Shown one piece after another: positions 50,432-59,713 of a stretch of 64,000 nt of DNA. A program made the position numbers and the translations under genes. The stretch spans positions 64,001 to 128,000 of the forward strand of contig JBFXKG010000001.1 of assembly GCA_050174015.1 (NCBI GenBank), written 5' to 3'. Position 1 is the stretch's first letter, and each line of letters starts with the position of its first letter. The DNA comes from Candidatus Krumholzibacteriia bacterium (GTDB taxonomy: Bacteria; Krumholzibacteriota; Krumholzibacteriia; LZORAL124-64-63). The notes beneath the pieces were generated by a model. It was not told where the DNA came from. It saw only the letters and a program-made list of their open reading frames with translations, and ran no database searches.

Positions 50432-51849
50432 TCCGCCGCCAGGCCGTTGTTGACCTGGTCCAGTTCCAGCAGATCGCCCAGCTTCTCCATCAGCTGGACC
50501 GACGAGAACGGCTTCTTCAGGAACGACACCTCGTGCTCCGCCAGCAGCTCGGCGGTCTCCTCGTCGCAGGGGTACCCGCTGGTCAGCAGGATCCTGGTCT
50601 GGGAGTAGCCGTCCTTCAGGCGGCGACAGATGACCTTGCCGTCCATGCCCGGCAGGACCAGATCGAGCAGCACCGCGGCGATGTCGAACCGGTTCTCGGC
50701 CATCAGGCGCAGGGCCTGGAGTCCGTCGCGGGCCTCGATGGTCTCGACTCCCCGGAATTCCAGCAGATCGCGGACCACCCGCCGGGTCATGGGATCGTCG
50801 TCGACGATCAGGACCTTCGCGGGCCGCACCCGGCGGGCCTTGAAGCCGCGGACCTCGGCCTTTTCCAGCGGGGCAGGTGGGGCATCGGTGCGGCAGTATC
50901 CCTCGATCAGGGCGTACAGGATGTTCTGGTAGAGGATGTCCACGTCCCAGATCGCCCCGACGCGTTCCTCGTGTCCTCCCGATTGCCGTTCCAGGAGGGA
51001 GAGCAGCAGGATGTTCTTGTACTGCCAGATCGCGTGGGTCAGGAAGTTCAGGGGAATGCGCAGGGAACGCAGCATGTGTCCGAAGTTGGCGACCGCCTGG
51101 AAGTAGGCGGCGAAGTCTCCCTCCTGGATCTGGGTGCGGAACCGGTCGGGATGGACGACTTCGATCTTGTCGGTGATTCCGCGGGCGAAGTCCCCGCCGA
51201 AACCGGCGAACGCCCGTCGCCACTGGTCGCCGATCCGCCGCCAGAGATCCAGGGGCAGGTCCAGCAGGCCGGAAAGATTCTCCTTCTGCCAGTCCGACAG
51301 GCTGGGGGGAATCTCAGCGATCGGATCGTCCGGGGGGGCGTCCATCTGCCGCATCAGCTGGAGGCAGCCGGGTCGATCGGCGGTGCCCTCGGCCCCCTCC
51401 TCGCGAGCGAAGTAGGCCAGGGGGTCCCGCAGCTCGGCGAGGTAGCCATCCAGGTCAGGCTCCTCACCCTGAAGCAGGCGGCTCACCAGGTCGATGGCCA
51501 GGATGGGAGCGAGGCGGCCGGTCAGGAAGTCGGGGGCGCCGTAGTGGATCTTGTACGAGCCGTCGCCGAGGTCCTTGGTCCATCCCGTGAAGACGCGGCC
51601 CTCGGAATCCGCCAGGTGGATCAGCTCCAGCAGCACGTGTTCGACGACGTGGGCGAAGTTGGTTCCGCCGACCAGCTCGGTGTGGAAACCGCCTTCCTTC
51701 CCCGACATGCACTTGTGCAGGGCGGTCGTGGGCAGGACGCGGATCAGCGCTTCGTTGAAACCCGCGGTCCGATTCGTCCGGCGGTCGCCCCAGGCCTGCA
51801 GATCGATGACGATCTCGTAGACCGAGACGCCGGATGAGGTGATTTCCAT
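50428..51849 (-). CDS. Cyanophycin-synthetase N-domain / helical sensor-like domain / receiver fusion protein
   Basis: GFNEAL..LP...HKC..G.EGGF.....GTNFAHVVEHV.LEL, giving Cx19HxxEH; C-terminal REC (VLIVDDD, LLDLVLPGMDG, LTSGY, LKKPF). Confidence 0.82.
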   Translation of the reverse strand: MEITSSGVSVYEIVIDLQAWGDRRTNRTAGFNEALIRVLPTTALHKCMSGKEGGFHTELVGGTNFAHVVEHVLLELIHLADSEGRVFTGWTKDLGDGSYKIHYGAPDFLTGRLAPILAIDLVSRLLQGEEPDLDGYLAELRDPLAYFAREEGAEGTADRPGCLQLMRQMDAPPDDPIAEIPPSLSDWQKENLSGLLDLPLDLWRRIGDQWRRAFAGFGGDFARGITDKIEVVHPDRFRTQIQEGDFAAYFQAVANFGHMLRSLRIPLNFLTHAIWQYKNILLLSLLERQSGGHEERVGAIWDVDILYQNILYALIEGYCRTDAPPAPLEKAEVRGFKARRVRPAKVLIVDDDPMTRRVVRDLLEFRGVETIEARDGLQALRLMAENRFDIAAVLLDLVLPGMDGKVICRRLKDGYSQTRILLTSGYPCDEETAELLAEHEVSFLKKPFSSVQLMEKLGDLLELDQVNNGLAAD

Positions 51850-51961
51850 GATGTTCCGACTCCAGGTTGGCGGTTCATCGCGTCAGTCAACCTGTTAATG
51901 CGGCCGGCGGCGATCCTGATCTTCATCTATTCCACCCACGGTCTGTCTGTGCGGACAACGT

Positions 51962-52183
51962 CTACAGATCCTCGCCCCTCCTGATGTTCTCGGAGAGAAC
52001 GGTCAGGTAATCCTTGATCAGGGTTTGCACGTCCTGGATGTTGAAGGGCTGGCCGCCGGTCCGGTTCATCGTCTCCTTGATGATCTTCTCGGACCACAGG
52101 CTGGGATTGTGGAGGACGTCACAGAAGGCATCACGGGTGTTCGTGACCATCGAGCTCATGTAGCTGGGGACTTGGTTTCTCAT
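51962..52183 (-). CDS. Small hypothetical protein (73 aa)
   Basis: GAGAGGTGG RBS before ATG 52183; GC3-rich codon pattern; co-oriented upstream of the CphA-N/REC gene. Confidence 0.6.
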   Translation of the reverse strand: MRNQVPSYMSSMVTNTRDAFCDVLHNPSLWSEKIIKETMNRTGGQPFNIQDVQTLIKDYLTVLSENIRRGEDL

Positions 52184-52521
52184 TGCGGACCACCTCTCAA
52201 GGTTCCGGATTCGCCGCCGGCGGACCAGGTGTGGGTGGTCTCGTCCTTGAGTCTTGAGCAGGATGCGGAGCTTCCTCTTCCACGGGTGAGTGCTGCGCCG
52301 GAGATGATCGATCCCGCAGGCCGTCACCATAATGACGATCGAGGCTGTCCGCAAGCGCGGGCGGTTCCAGTTCCGGGGAGCAGGCTCGGACTCGTCGCCC
52401 TTGACCACCCTCCTCGTCAGCGGGTATATCTGGGCGGACCCGGGGATGATCCCCCCGGGGAGCGCGGCCCGGTGAGCCTGCGGCCTTTTTGATCCGGTTC
52501 GACGAGCAGAAAGGAGCGGAG

Positions 52522-53184
52522 TTGGCGACCGAGGGACCGCTGGTGTTCGTCCACGTGCCCAAGACCGCGGGCACGAGTTTCCGCATGGCCCTCGAACGCC
52601 ACCTGGGCTTCGAAGCCATGGCTTACGATTACGGTCCGGACTCGGAGGTGACCTCGCCGATCGTCCAGCGGCACGTCTACGACCGGCCGGATCTGAAGGA
52701 ATTCAAGGCGGCGGTCCTGGACGGCCCGGTCCAGGTCGTCTGCGGCCACTTCCCCGCCGAAAAGTACCGCGACCTGTTCGGCCCCGAGAACGCGCTGGTC
52801 TTCCTTCGCGATCCCGTCCAGCGGCTGATCTCGGAATACCGGCACTACGTGACCTACAACGGCTACCTCAAGGGCTTCGAGGAATTCTACCGGGACCCGG
52901 CCTTCACCAACTGCCAGAAGGCGTTCGTCCAGGGCATTCCCCTGGACGGCTACGGGCTCCTGGGCCTCACCGAGCGGTACAAGGCCTCCCTGGAGATGGC
53001 GAACCGCCGCTTCGGCTGGAAGCTGATGAACCTGAACTTCAACCAGTCCCGCCCGACCCTGGAGGCCTCCTACGGCCTCGAAGGCGATCTGGTCCAGGAT
53101 CTCCTGGACCGCAACGCCGAGGACATCGCCTTCTACGGGACGGCGGTAAAGGAGTTCGAGCGGCGGGCGAGGGCCCTGGGCTGA
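52522..53184 (+). CDS. Sulfotransferase family 2 domain protein
   Basis: FVHVPKTAGTSF (5'-PSB) and FLRDPVQRLISEY (3'-PB); TTG start after AAGGAG. Confidence 0.85.
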   Translation: MATEGPLVFVHVPKTAGTSFRMALERHLGFEAMAYDYGPDSEVTSPIVQRHVYDRPDLKEFKAAVLDGPVQVVCGHFPAEKYRDLFGPENALVFLRDPVQRLISEYRHYVTYNGYLKGFEEFYRDPAFTNCQKAFVQGIPLDGYGLLGLTERYKASLEMANRRFGWKLMNLNFNQSRPTLEASYGLEGDLVQDLLDRNAEDIAFYGTAVKEFERRARALG

Positions 53185-53200
53185 TCCCGGCAGGCGTCGG

Positions 53201-53947
53201 TCAGCCCAGCAGCAGCCGCGCCGCGAACAGAACCACGACCACCAGCACCAGCTTGCGGATCCAGTCGTGCCCCTTGGCCACCGCCAGGCGCGCTCCCAGC
53301 CAGCCGCCCACCGAGTTGCCGGCGGCCAGGGCCAGGCCCAGCCCCCAGTCCACCTGCCCGTGAATGATGAAGACCGCCAGCGCGCTCACGGTGAACACCC
53401 CGACGACGAAGACCTTCACGGCGTTGATGCGAACCAGGTCCATGCCGTGCACCAGCAGGCCCGCGATGATGAGGAATCCGACCCCGGCCTGGATGAACCC
53501 GCCGTAGAAGCCGACCAGCAGGAAGGTGCCGGCCAGGGCGGCGATCCGCAGGGGACCCAGGTGGGCCTGCTCGAACTTCAGGCGGCGGGTCGGATCGACG
53601 ACCATCAGCACGCACACGCCCAGCATGACCAGCGCCAGGATGCGCCGGAAGGCCGCATCGCCGATGTCCACGGCCACCTCGGCGCCCAGGATGCTGCCCA
53701 CCAGGGCCGCCGGCGTGCACACCAGCGCGATCTTCATGGGGAGGTGGCCGCTGCGCCGGAAGCTGCCGACCGCCACGACGTTCTGGGCCAGGATCCCGAT
53801 GCGGTTGGTCCCGTTGGCGACGCCGGCGGGCAGGCCCAGGAACAGCAGGACCGGCAAGGTGAGCAGGGAGCCTCCCCCGGCCAGGACGTTGAGCACGCCG
53901 GATACGGCGCCGACGCCGAAAAGGAGAGCCAGGTGCCAGGGGTTCAC
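53201..53947 (-). CDS. TauE/SafE family sulfite exporter-like membrane protein
   Basis: LAGGGSLLTLP, ANGTNR and GFYGGFIQAGVG; GTG start overlaps the hipA stop (GTGA). Confidence 0.9.
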   Translation of the reverse strand: MNPWHLALLFGVGAVSGVLNVLAGGGSLLTLPVLLFLGLPAGVANGTNRIGILAQNVVAVGSFRRSGHLPMKIALVCTPAALVGSILGAEVAVDIGDAAFRRILALVMLGVCVLMVVDPTRRLKFEQAHLGPLRIAALAGTFLLVGFYGGFIQAGVGFLIIAGLLVHGMDLVRINAVKVFVVGVFTVSALAVFIIHGQVDWGLGLALAAGNSVGGWLGARLAVAKGHDWIRKLVLVVVVLFAARLLLG

Positions 53948-55272
53948 GGTGCGGTTCCTTGGTCGGGGTTGCGGAAGTCGCGGAACGTGGCCGCGATGCG
54001 TTCCATCGGTGCTGCGGGCAGGTGGGCCCGCTCGGCCCAGGCCGGCCAGTCGGTCAACGCCTGCATGACCTCGTCGAGGATGCGGTCGGGCTTCTTGACG
54101 CCGACGGTGCGGGCCACCTCCAGCAGGTCGGCGCGGGCGATGCCCTCGCGCTTGCCGGCCATGGCCAGCTGGTGGCGCCCGGTCCAGCGCCCGTTGGGGT
54201 TGTACGCGTAGGTCAGGTCGTAGGCCGGGGACAGGCTCCAGACGCCGTCGGGGTCCATGAGGAAGGCGATGTTCTTGGTGTGGTCGTCCTGGTTGCGGGC
54301 GGCGGCGTTGAACACCATGCGCCGGTACAGCTGCTCGGTGTCGGGGTAGGGCAGGCGCAGCTCGCGGCAGACCTGGAAAGCCTGTTCGTAGGAGTGGGAG
54401 GTCGGGTCGTTGTAGTCGAGATGGGCCAGCCCGCACAGGGTCTGCAGGTGCAGTCGGCCCCCCCCGGGCAGGCGGTCGAAACGCCGGGTCATGAAGTGGG
54501 CGCGCCCGCCCTCCTCGAGCAGGCGGCACTCGCTCATCGTGACTCCAGCAGCCCGGGCCATCAGGTGGTAGGCGTACTCGATGCGGCCGTAACCCTCGGG
54601 GTCGTCCAGCTCGCGATCATCGACGCCGTCGAACTTGAGGATCCAGTGGGCGTAACCTGGGGGGGCGTCCAGCTGGCCCGAGCGCACCTCGCCGGTGGCC
54701 TCGTCGACCGCGATGACGGCCTTGGGCCGGGCCCCGCCGGCCGACGTGCCCACGCGCAGGATGTCGGCGATGGCCTCGGTCCCGGCGGCCAGGTCGGCGT
54801 GGAGGCCGACGCGTTCCTGCAGGACCTCCCGGGCCAGTTCCACCAGCCGGGCGACGTCCACCCGGGCCGCCTCTTCCTGGGGTCCCCGCAGCGCGGGTTC
54901 GAATTCCAGGGCGCCCATGGCCCGCGCGCCCAGGTAGCAGAGGCGCTCGACGGGGCTGAAGTCCCCGGGGCGGCGGCCCTGGCGCGCCAGCCAGGCGTCG
55001 ATGAGGCGGTTGCCGAAGCGGTCGGGCAGGGCGTCGGCGAGCAGGCCGGGCAGTCCCCGGAAGGTGGCGGGCGGCAACCCGGGAAACGAGAACCGGCCGC
55101 CGCCGCGGGCGGCTGCCGCCAGGGGCATCCTGAGCGGGGAGAGGTCCAGGCCGCTGTCGAGGAACTCCGGATCGAACTCGAAGGTGGCCAGCTCGCGGTC
55201 GGGATCCCAGGCCACCGCCCCGGCGGTGCGGCCCCAGATGCGGACGAAGGCGGCGTCGATGCGATCGGCCAT
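53944..55272 (-). CDS. hipA: HipA-family kinase toxin
   Basis: LADALPDRFG, SAGGARPK, WILKFD, RRFDR, NQDDHTKN, LSPAYDL. Confidence 0.95.
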   Translation of the reverse strand: MADRIDAAFVRIWGRTAGAVAWDPDRELATFEFDPEFLDSGLDLSPLRMPLAAAARGGGRFSFPGLPPATFRGLPGLLADALPDRFGNRLIDAWLARQGRRPGDFSPVERLCYLGARAMGALEFEPALRGPQEEAARVDVARLVELAREVLQERVGLHADLAAGTEAIADILRVGTSAGGARPKAVIAVDEATGEVRSGQLDAPPGYAHWILKFDGVDDRELDDPEGYGRIEYAYHLMARAAGVTMSECRLLEEGGRAHFMTRRFDRLPGGGRLHLQTLCGLAHLDYNDPTSHSYEQAFQVCRELRLPYPDTEQLYRRMVFNAAARNQDDHTKNIAFLMDPDGVWSLSPAYDLTYAYNPNGRWTGRHQLAMAGKREGIARADLLEVARTVGVKKPDRILDEVMQALTDWPAWAERAHLPAAPMERIAATFRDFRNPDQGTAP

Positions 55273-55273
55273 G

Positions 55274-55594
55274 TCAGTCGGTCTCCTCGCCCTTGCGGGA
55301 GGTGGAGGCCCGGCGGCGCACCTTTCCCTGCAGGCGCGCCAGCTCCAGGGGACTGGGGCCCTGGGCGGGCAGGAAGACGTCGAGTTCGTCGAGGGCGTCG
55401 AGCACCCTGAGCACCTGGACGAAGGTCAGCAGGGTGGCCCGGCCCTCGCGTTCGAGGGCGCCCACGGTGGTGCGGTCCAGGCCGGCGCGTTCGGCGACCT
55501 CCTGCTGGCTCAGATTGCGGTCCAGGCGGCGTCGGCGGATGCGGCCGCCGATCTCGGCGAGGATGGCCTGGTCGGTGGCGGCGTAGAAGGACAT
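55274..55594 (-). CDS. HipB-like XRE-family antitoxin
   Basis: RRRRLDRNLSQQEVAERAGLDRTTVGALE HTH; GGAGG RBS; stop 1 nt before the hipA ATG. Confidence 0.9.
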   Translation of the reverse strand: MSFYAATDQAILAEIGGRIRRRRLDRNLSQQEVAERAGLDRTTVGALEREGRATLLTFVQVLRVLDALDELDVFLPAQGPSPLELARLQGKVRRRASTSRKGEETD

Positions 55595-55732
55595 GATGGA
55601 TTTTACCTCCATTAAAGCTTGATATGGATGATATTGATGGAAAGATACAGCAAGGTCAAGTCTAATTGTTTTGATGAAATCTACAATCATTAAAGATATA
55701 TTTCGATATATTGATGGAATAAAACATCACAA
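55594..55732 (-). promoter_or_regulatory. hipBA promoter with four TGATG-headed operator-like repeats
   Basis: Plus-strand units start at 55594, 55635, 55672 and 55712; minus-strand TTGACC (55659-55654), 17 nt, CAATAT (55636-55631). Confidence 0.65.
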
Positions 55733-55763
55733 CATGGAGTCGCTGTCGAAGATCCCGATCCGG

Positions 55764-58700
55764 TCAATCCGCCCGGAAGTGATGGATGCGGTTCAGATCC
55801 CTGCGCACCTCGTCCAGCCATGCCTTGAATCCGGGATAGGCCTCGACATCGACCATTTCCCCCTTGATGACCAGGTCCCGGTGGGCCTCCACTCCTTCCG
55901 CCGACACCCCGAAACTGGTGGCGTACCGGCACTCCCCCCAGCTGACGTCCTTTCCGGTGGGGAGTCTGGTCGGGGTGAAGTCCGGTGGGAGGACAAGGAT
56001 CAGGGATTCCTTCTCGCACAGGTTCATGGCCCGAAGGTCCAGAGGAAGGGTTCTCCCGGATTTGGCGACGACGGCGCCGAACCTGCCGGTCAACTGGCTG
56101 TTCCAGGGGAGATGGAGGGACAGGATTCCGCCGTCCAGGGTCCCCAGTTCGGGAATCCTGAGCCGGGTGGTGATCGTCAGGAGGTCCGGCATGGGATCGA
56201 GACTCCCCGCCTTCGCATCCAGGACCTCCGCTCCGGGATACAGGATGGACAAGCCCGTGGTCTTGAGGGAGACCAGGGCATCTTCCGGGCCGCCGTCCAG
56301 TTCCTCCCTGATCCAGGCGATGTGGTCGATCTGATGGATGACCTCCTCCAGATCGACGAGCCCGTCCCCGTTGCTCTGGAGGCTGACCGTGGAATCGACC
56401 ACGTAGGGGAATTCCCCGGGATCGGTGCCGGGAATCACCATCAGGTCGGTGATCCCAGGGGCGGCGACGAGGCTGGGCGACCCGGCCAGGTGGCTGGGAA
56501 TCCGGTCCCATCGCCCGTGTCGGAAAGTCGGATCCAGCCAGAGATCGCGACCATTATCACCTCGTTTGAAGACGATGGCATGGTTGAATCGCGGCGAAGG
56601 AAGGAACGGCCGGTCGCCCGGGGCGCCGGGAGTCACCAGGGCGAACCGGAACCCGTCGTGGCCGGCGGCGGCGAGGAGGGCGATCATCAGGCAGGCCTTG
56701 TCCTTGCAGTCACCGTAGCCGTCGGCCAGGACGTCGCCGGCAAGCCGCGGGATGAATCCGGACTGGAACAGGGGTACGCTTTCATAGTTGATTTCGCCGG
56801 CAACGAAATCGAAGATTCTCGCCACGGCCTCATCCTCCGATCGGCATCCTTCCGTGAGCTCCGCGGCCCTGGCCTGGATTCCCTCCTGGGCCACCGCCTG
56901 GCCGTCGGCGATGTCGCAATACCATTGGGCAATGGTGTCCCAGCTCTCGATGGTGGAGACGTCCAGCCAGGGCATGGTGTTCAGGTCGGATGGTGCCAGG
57001 GGTTCGTCCGCCGAGGCGGGGAGATCAGCGAAAATCCAGGTGTGGCGCACCTTCATGCCGTCCAGGGCATCCTGTCTCGGGTACCCCTCGACCAGGTAAT
57101 CTCCGGCGTTCCAGAGCCTGGTCCGGGCTTGCTGGCCTGCAGGCAGGATGAGCTCGTACCGTGAGCGGACACAGGGGCCGGTCGCGAAGGAGAACGAGTG
57201 CTGATCCCAGAAATTTCCGGCAAGGTTCCCAGACACGAATTCCTTCGTCCGGTAGTGCAGCAGAAGGATGTCCCCGACGGCGAGACCCGGAAACATGACC
57301 CTGTTGAGGAACCGCTTGCCCTCGGTCCTGGGTCCGACCTCCTTGATGACTTCCTTGGCGAGAACCTGGAGGTCTCCGAAAGGGTCGCCGGCCAAGTCGA
57401 TGTTCTCCCAGGTCGCAGCGCCCTCCCTGGTCAGGATCTGGACGGCGAGAATGTTGTCGATGACGCCCGCCCTCCGGTCGAACAAAAGGCATCGCCTGTT
57501 GGAAAGCAGGACCACCGAGCCGGCTCCGGAGTAGTCCTCGGGCCGGACCCTCATTTCGCCGATCTCATCGCAATGCGGGTCGGGCAGGGTGTTGCTGAAG
57601 GGAGGCATCTCGAGGAGGCCGTTGATCCGGTCCCGGATCTCGAAATTTCCCGGATCCACGTCGAGCGCCTTTTGCAGGATCCTCGCCGCCCCCCGCTTCA
57701 GGATGACCTTGAGATCTTCCCGAGCCGTCAGGTCGGTGCGGAAGAGATTCGCGGAGACTTCCGCCGCGATGTCCGGAGGGAAGACCTCCTTGAACAGGTC
57801 GTTGCGGAGGACGGCACCCCACTGGGCGAGATCGGCGAGCCGCTCCAGCAGATCCAGGCTCTGGGGAAAGCTCTGCAGGGCGAAGATGTTCTGACGTAGG
57901 GCGTTCTCGGGATCGGCATCCCACAGCAAGGTCAGGATGCGGAATTTCCAGACCACGTCGTACTCGGGGGCAATTCCATCAGGTCCTCGATGGCGCCCTT
58001 GGCGTCGCCGAAGTTCTCCTGGTTGAATTCGTAATGGAACCGCATCAGCAGCCGGGTGATGGGGTCGGACAGCGCCATGACGTTTCTTCGATGGTCATTC
58101 AAGTCGTTGACGAGGTCCGATTCCTCGTCGAAGCGGACCAGGGCCCGGTACGGCCCGGGTTCTCCGGGAAAGCTGCGGGCCGCTTGAAGGGCGGAGGACT
58201 TCACGTCCTCCCAGAGACCGCTTTGTTCATAGCTTTCGATCCGGCAAAGCATGGCTGAAAGGCTGGCTGCACCTTGCCGGTAACCGGAATCGAGAATCTT
58301 CCGGGCCTCGTCTCCGCGGCCCTTCTCCAGTTCCAGGCCCGCCTTGAACAGGAGAGCTGGAGCGAGATCGGGGGCGAGCCCGAGAATCTCATCGAGACTG
58401 GCGGACCGCGATGCACGCTTGGGTTCGAAGGACCTGAAGATGGCCAGTCTGATGAGGCTGCAATCGGGATGGATGACCAGGGCCGCCGCACAATGTTTCT
58501 TGAATTTCGAAGATTCATCTTCGATCCGCCCGCGAAGGATGTTCCAGAATGCGGCTTCGGGGCCGACGGCGTTCTCGGCGATCCGGGCCAGGATGGGATT
58601 CGGAGCCGGACGAACCTTGATCCCGCCGGGAGGATTGTGGCCGTGGCCGGTCGCCTGTGTCTCCAGGTTTTCGATGGGGGATCCGTCGGGATGGGTCAGG

Positions 58701-59623
58701 GCGCAGGTGAACCAGGGGGATTCCTCCCGGCCGCTGATCTTGACCACGATCTGCAGCCAGCCGGGGGGAAGGTCGACCAACCAGTGCAGCGCTTCTTCGC
58801 CACCGACCTCGCGGGAGCATTGCCGGAAAAGCTCTCCGTTGAGAAAAAGATCGACATCGCCATGGTAACCCAAGGAAAGCAGATATGACCCGGATTCCGC
58901 GATTCGGACCCTGGTCTGGGCGAAAGCTGTGGTGAATTCCTTGCGATGGAAATGAAGGTTGGGGACGACCTCGCCCCCCAGGGAATGGACCTGGGGATGG
59001 AACCAGTTGATGGGTTGGCCGAATTTTCCTGAATACGTGTAGAGGGGGTTGTACCGGAAGTCCTGGACATGGTCCTTGCGGTGACCCGAGCCCGATGTGT
59101 TGTCGAAGGGGCCGAGCAGGGTCCAGTCGGTGATTCGATCCAGGGGGGACGCGCACTTCAGGATCCTCTTCCGGTCGCCGAGCAACCGGACCAAGCGCAA
59201 TTCCCTGGCGGCAAGCCACCTGCGGGCTACCGGATCGGCTTCGGGGTCGTCCGCCAACTGCCGGCCGAACTCGGCCATGTCCTTCCTGAAGGATTTCCCC
59301 TCCAGGTCGGTGTTCTCGGCGATCCAATCCAGAAGGAGATCGTCGTACTGGCTGTGCCGGGCTCCCTCGAGATAGGTCGCCAGGGATTCCACAAGTCCGC
59401 GGTCGTCTCCCAGGGCGACCTGGGCGAGCATCAGCCCGCGCAGGGCCTCGGGATCGTCCCGTTCATCCCTCAGGGTGGATTGAAAGGCCTTCACCGCGCC
59501 GGTGAAGTCATTGTTCCAGAGCAGGTCCCAGGCAGGTGAGAGCGGGGAGGCGGAGTCGGTGCCGGACACCGTTCCGGAAATGAGGATGAGGACCGCCAGG
59601 AAGGCAACCGGGAGGATTCTCAT
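55764..59623 (-). pseudogene. Large secreted TPR / DUF3857 / transglutaminase-like protein split by a 1-nt frameshift near 57970 (pseudogene or sequence error)
   Basis: 5' ORF has a signal peptide and TPRs; 3' ORF has DUF3857-like and TGc triad motifs (GDCKDKA, FNHAIV, WLDPT); frames join at TTG/CCCCC/GAG. Confidence 0.75.
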
Positions 59624-59713
59624 GTTGGATATCCTTCGAAAAGGGTCATGGCGATGCGGTATTATCATGACCTTCGGTGAAGAATGTCAATCGATTCGGG
59701 TTTCGGCCACGGC

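Noticed and set aside
55594..55732. Periodic ~40-nt units considered as a degenerate CRISPR array
   Set aside because: The period is too short, the units are poorly conserved, there are no cas genes, and the position over the hipBA promoter fits operators better.
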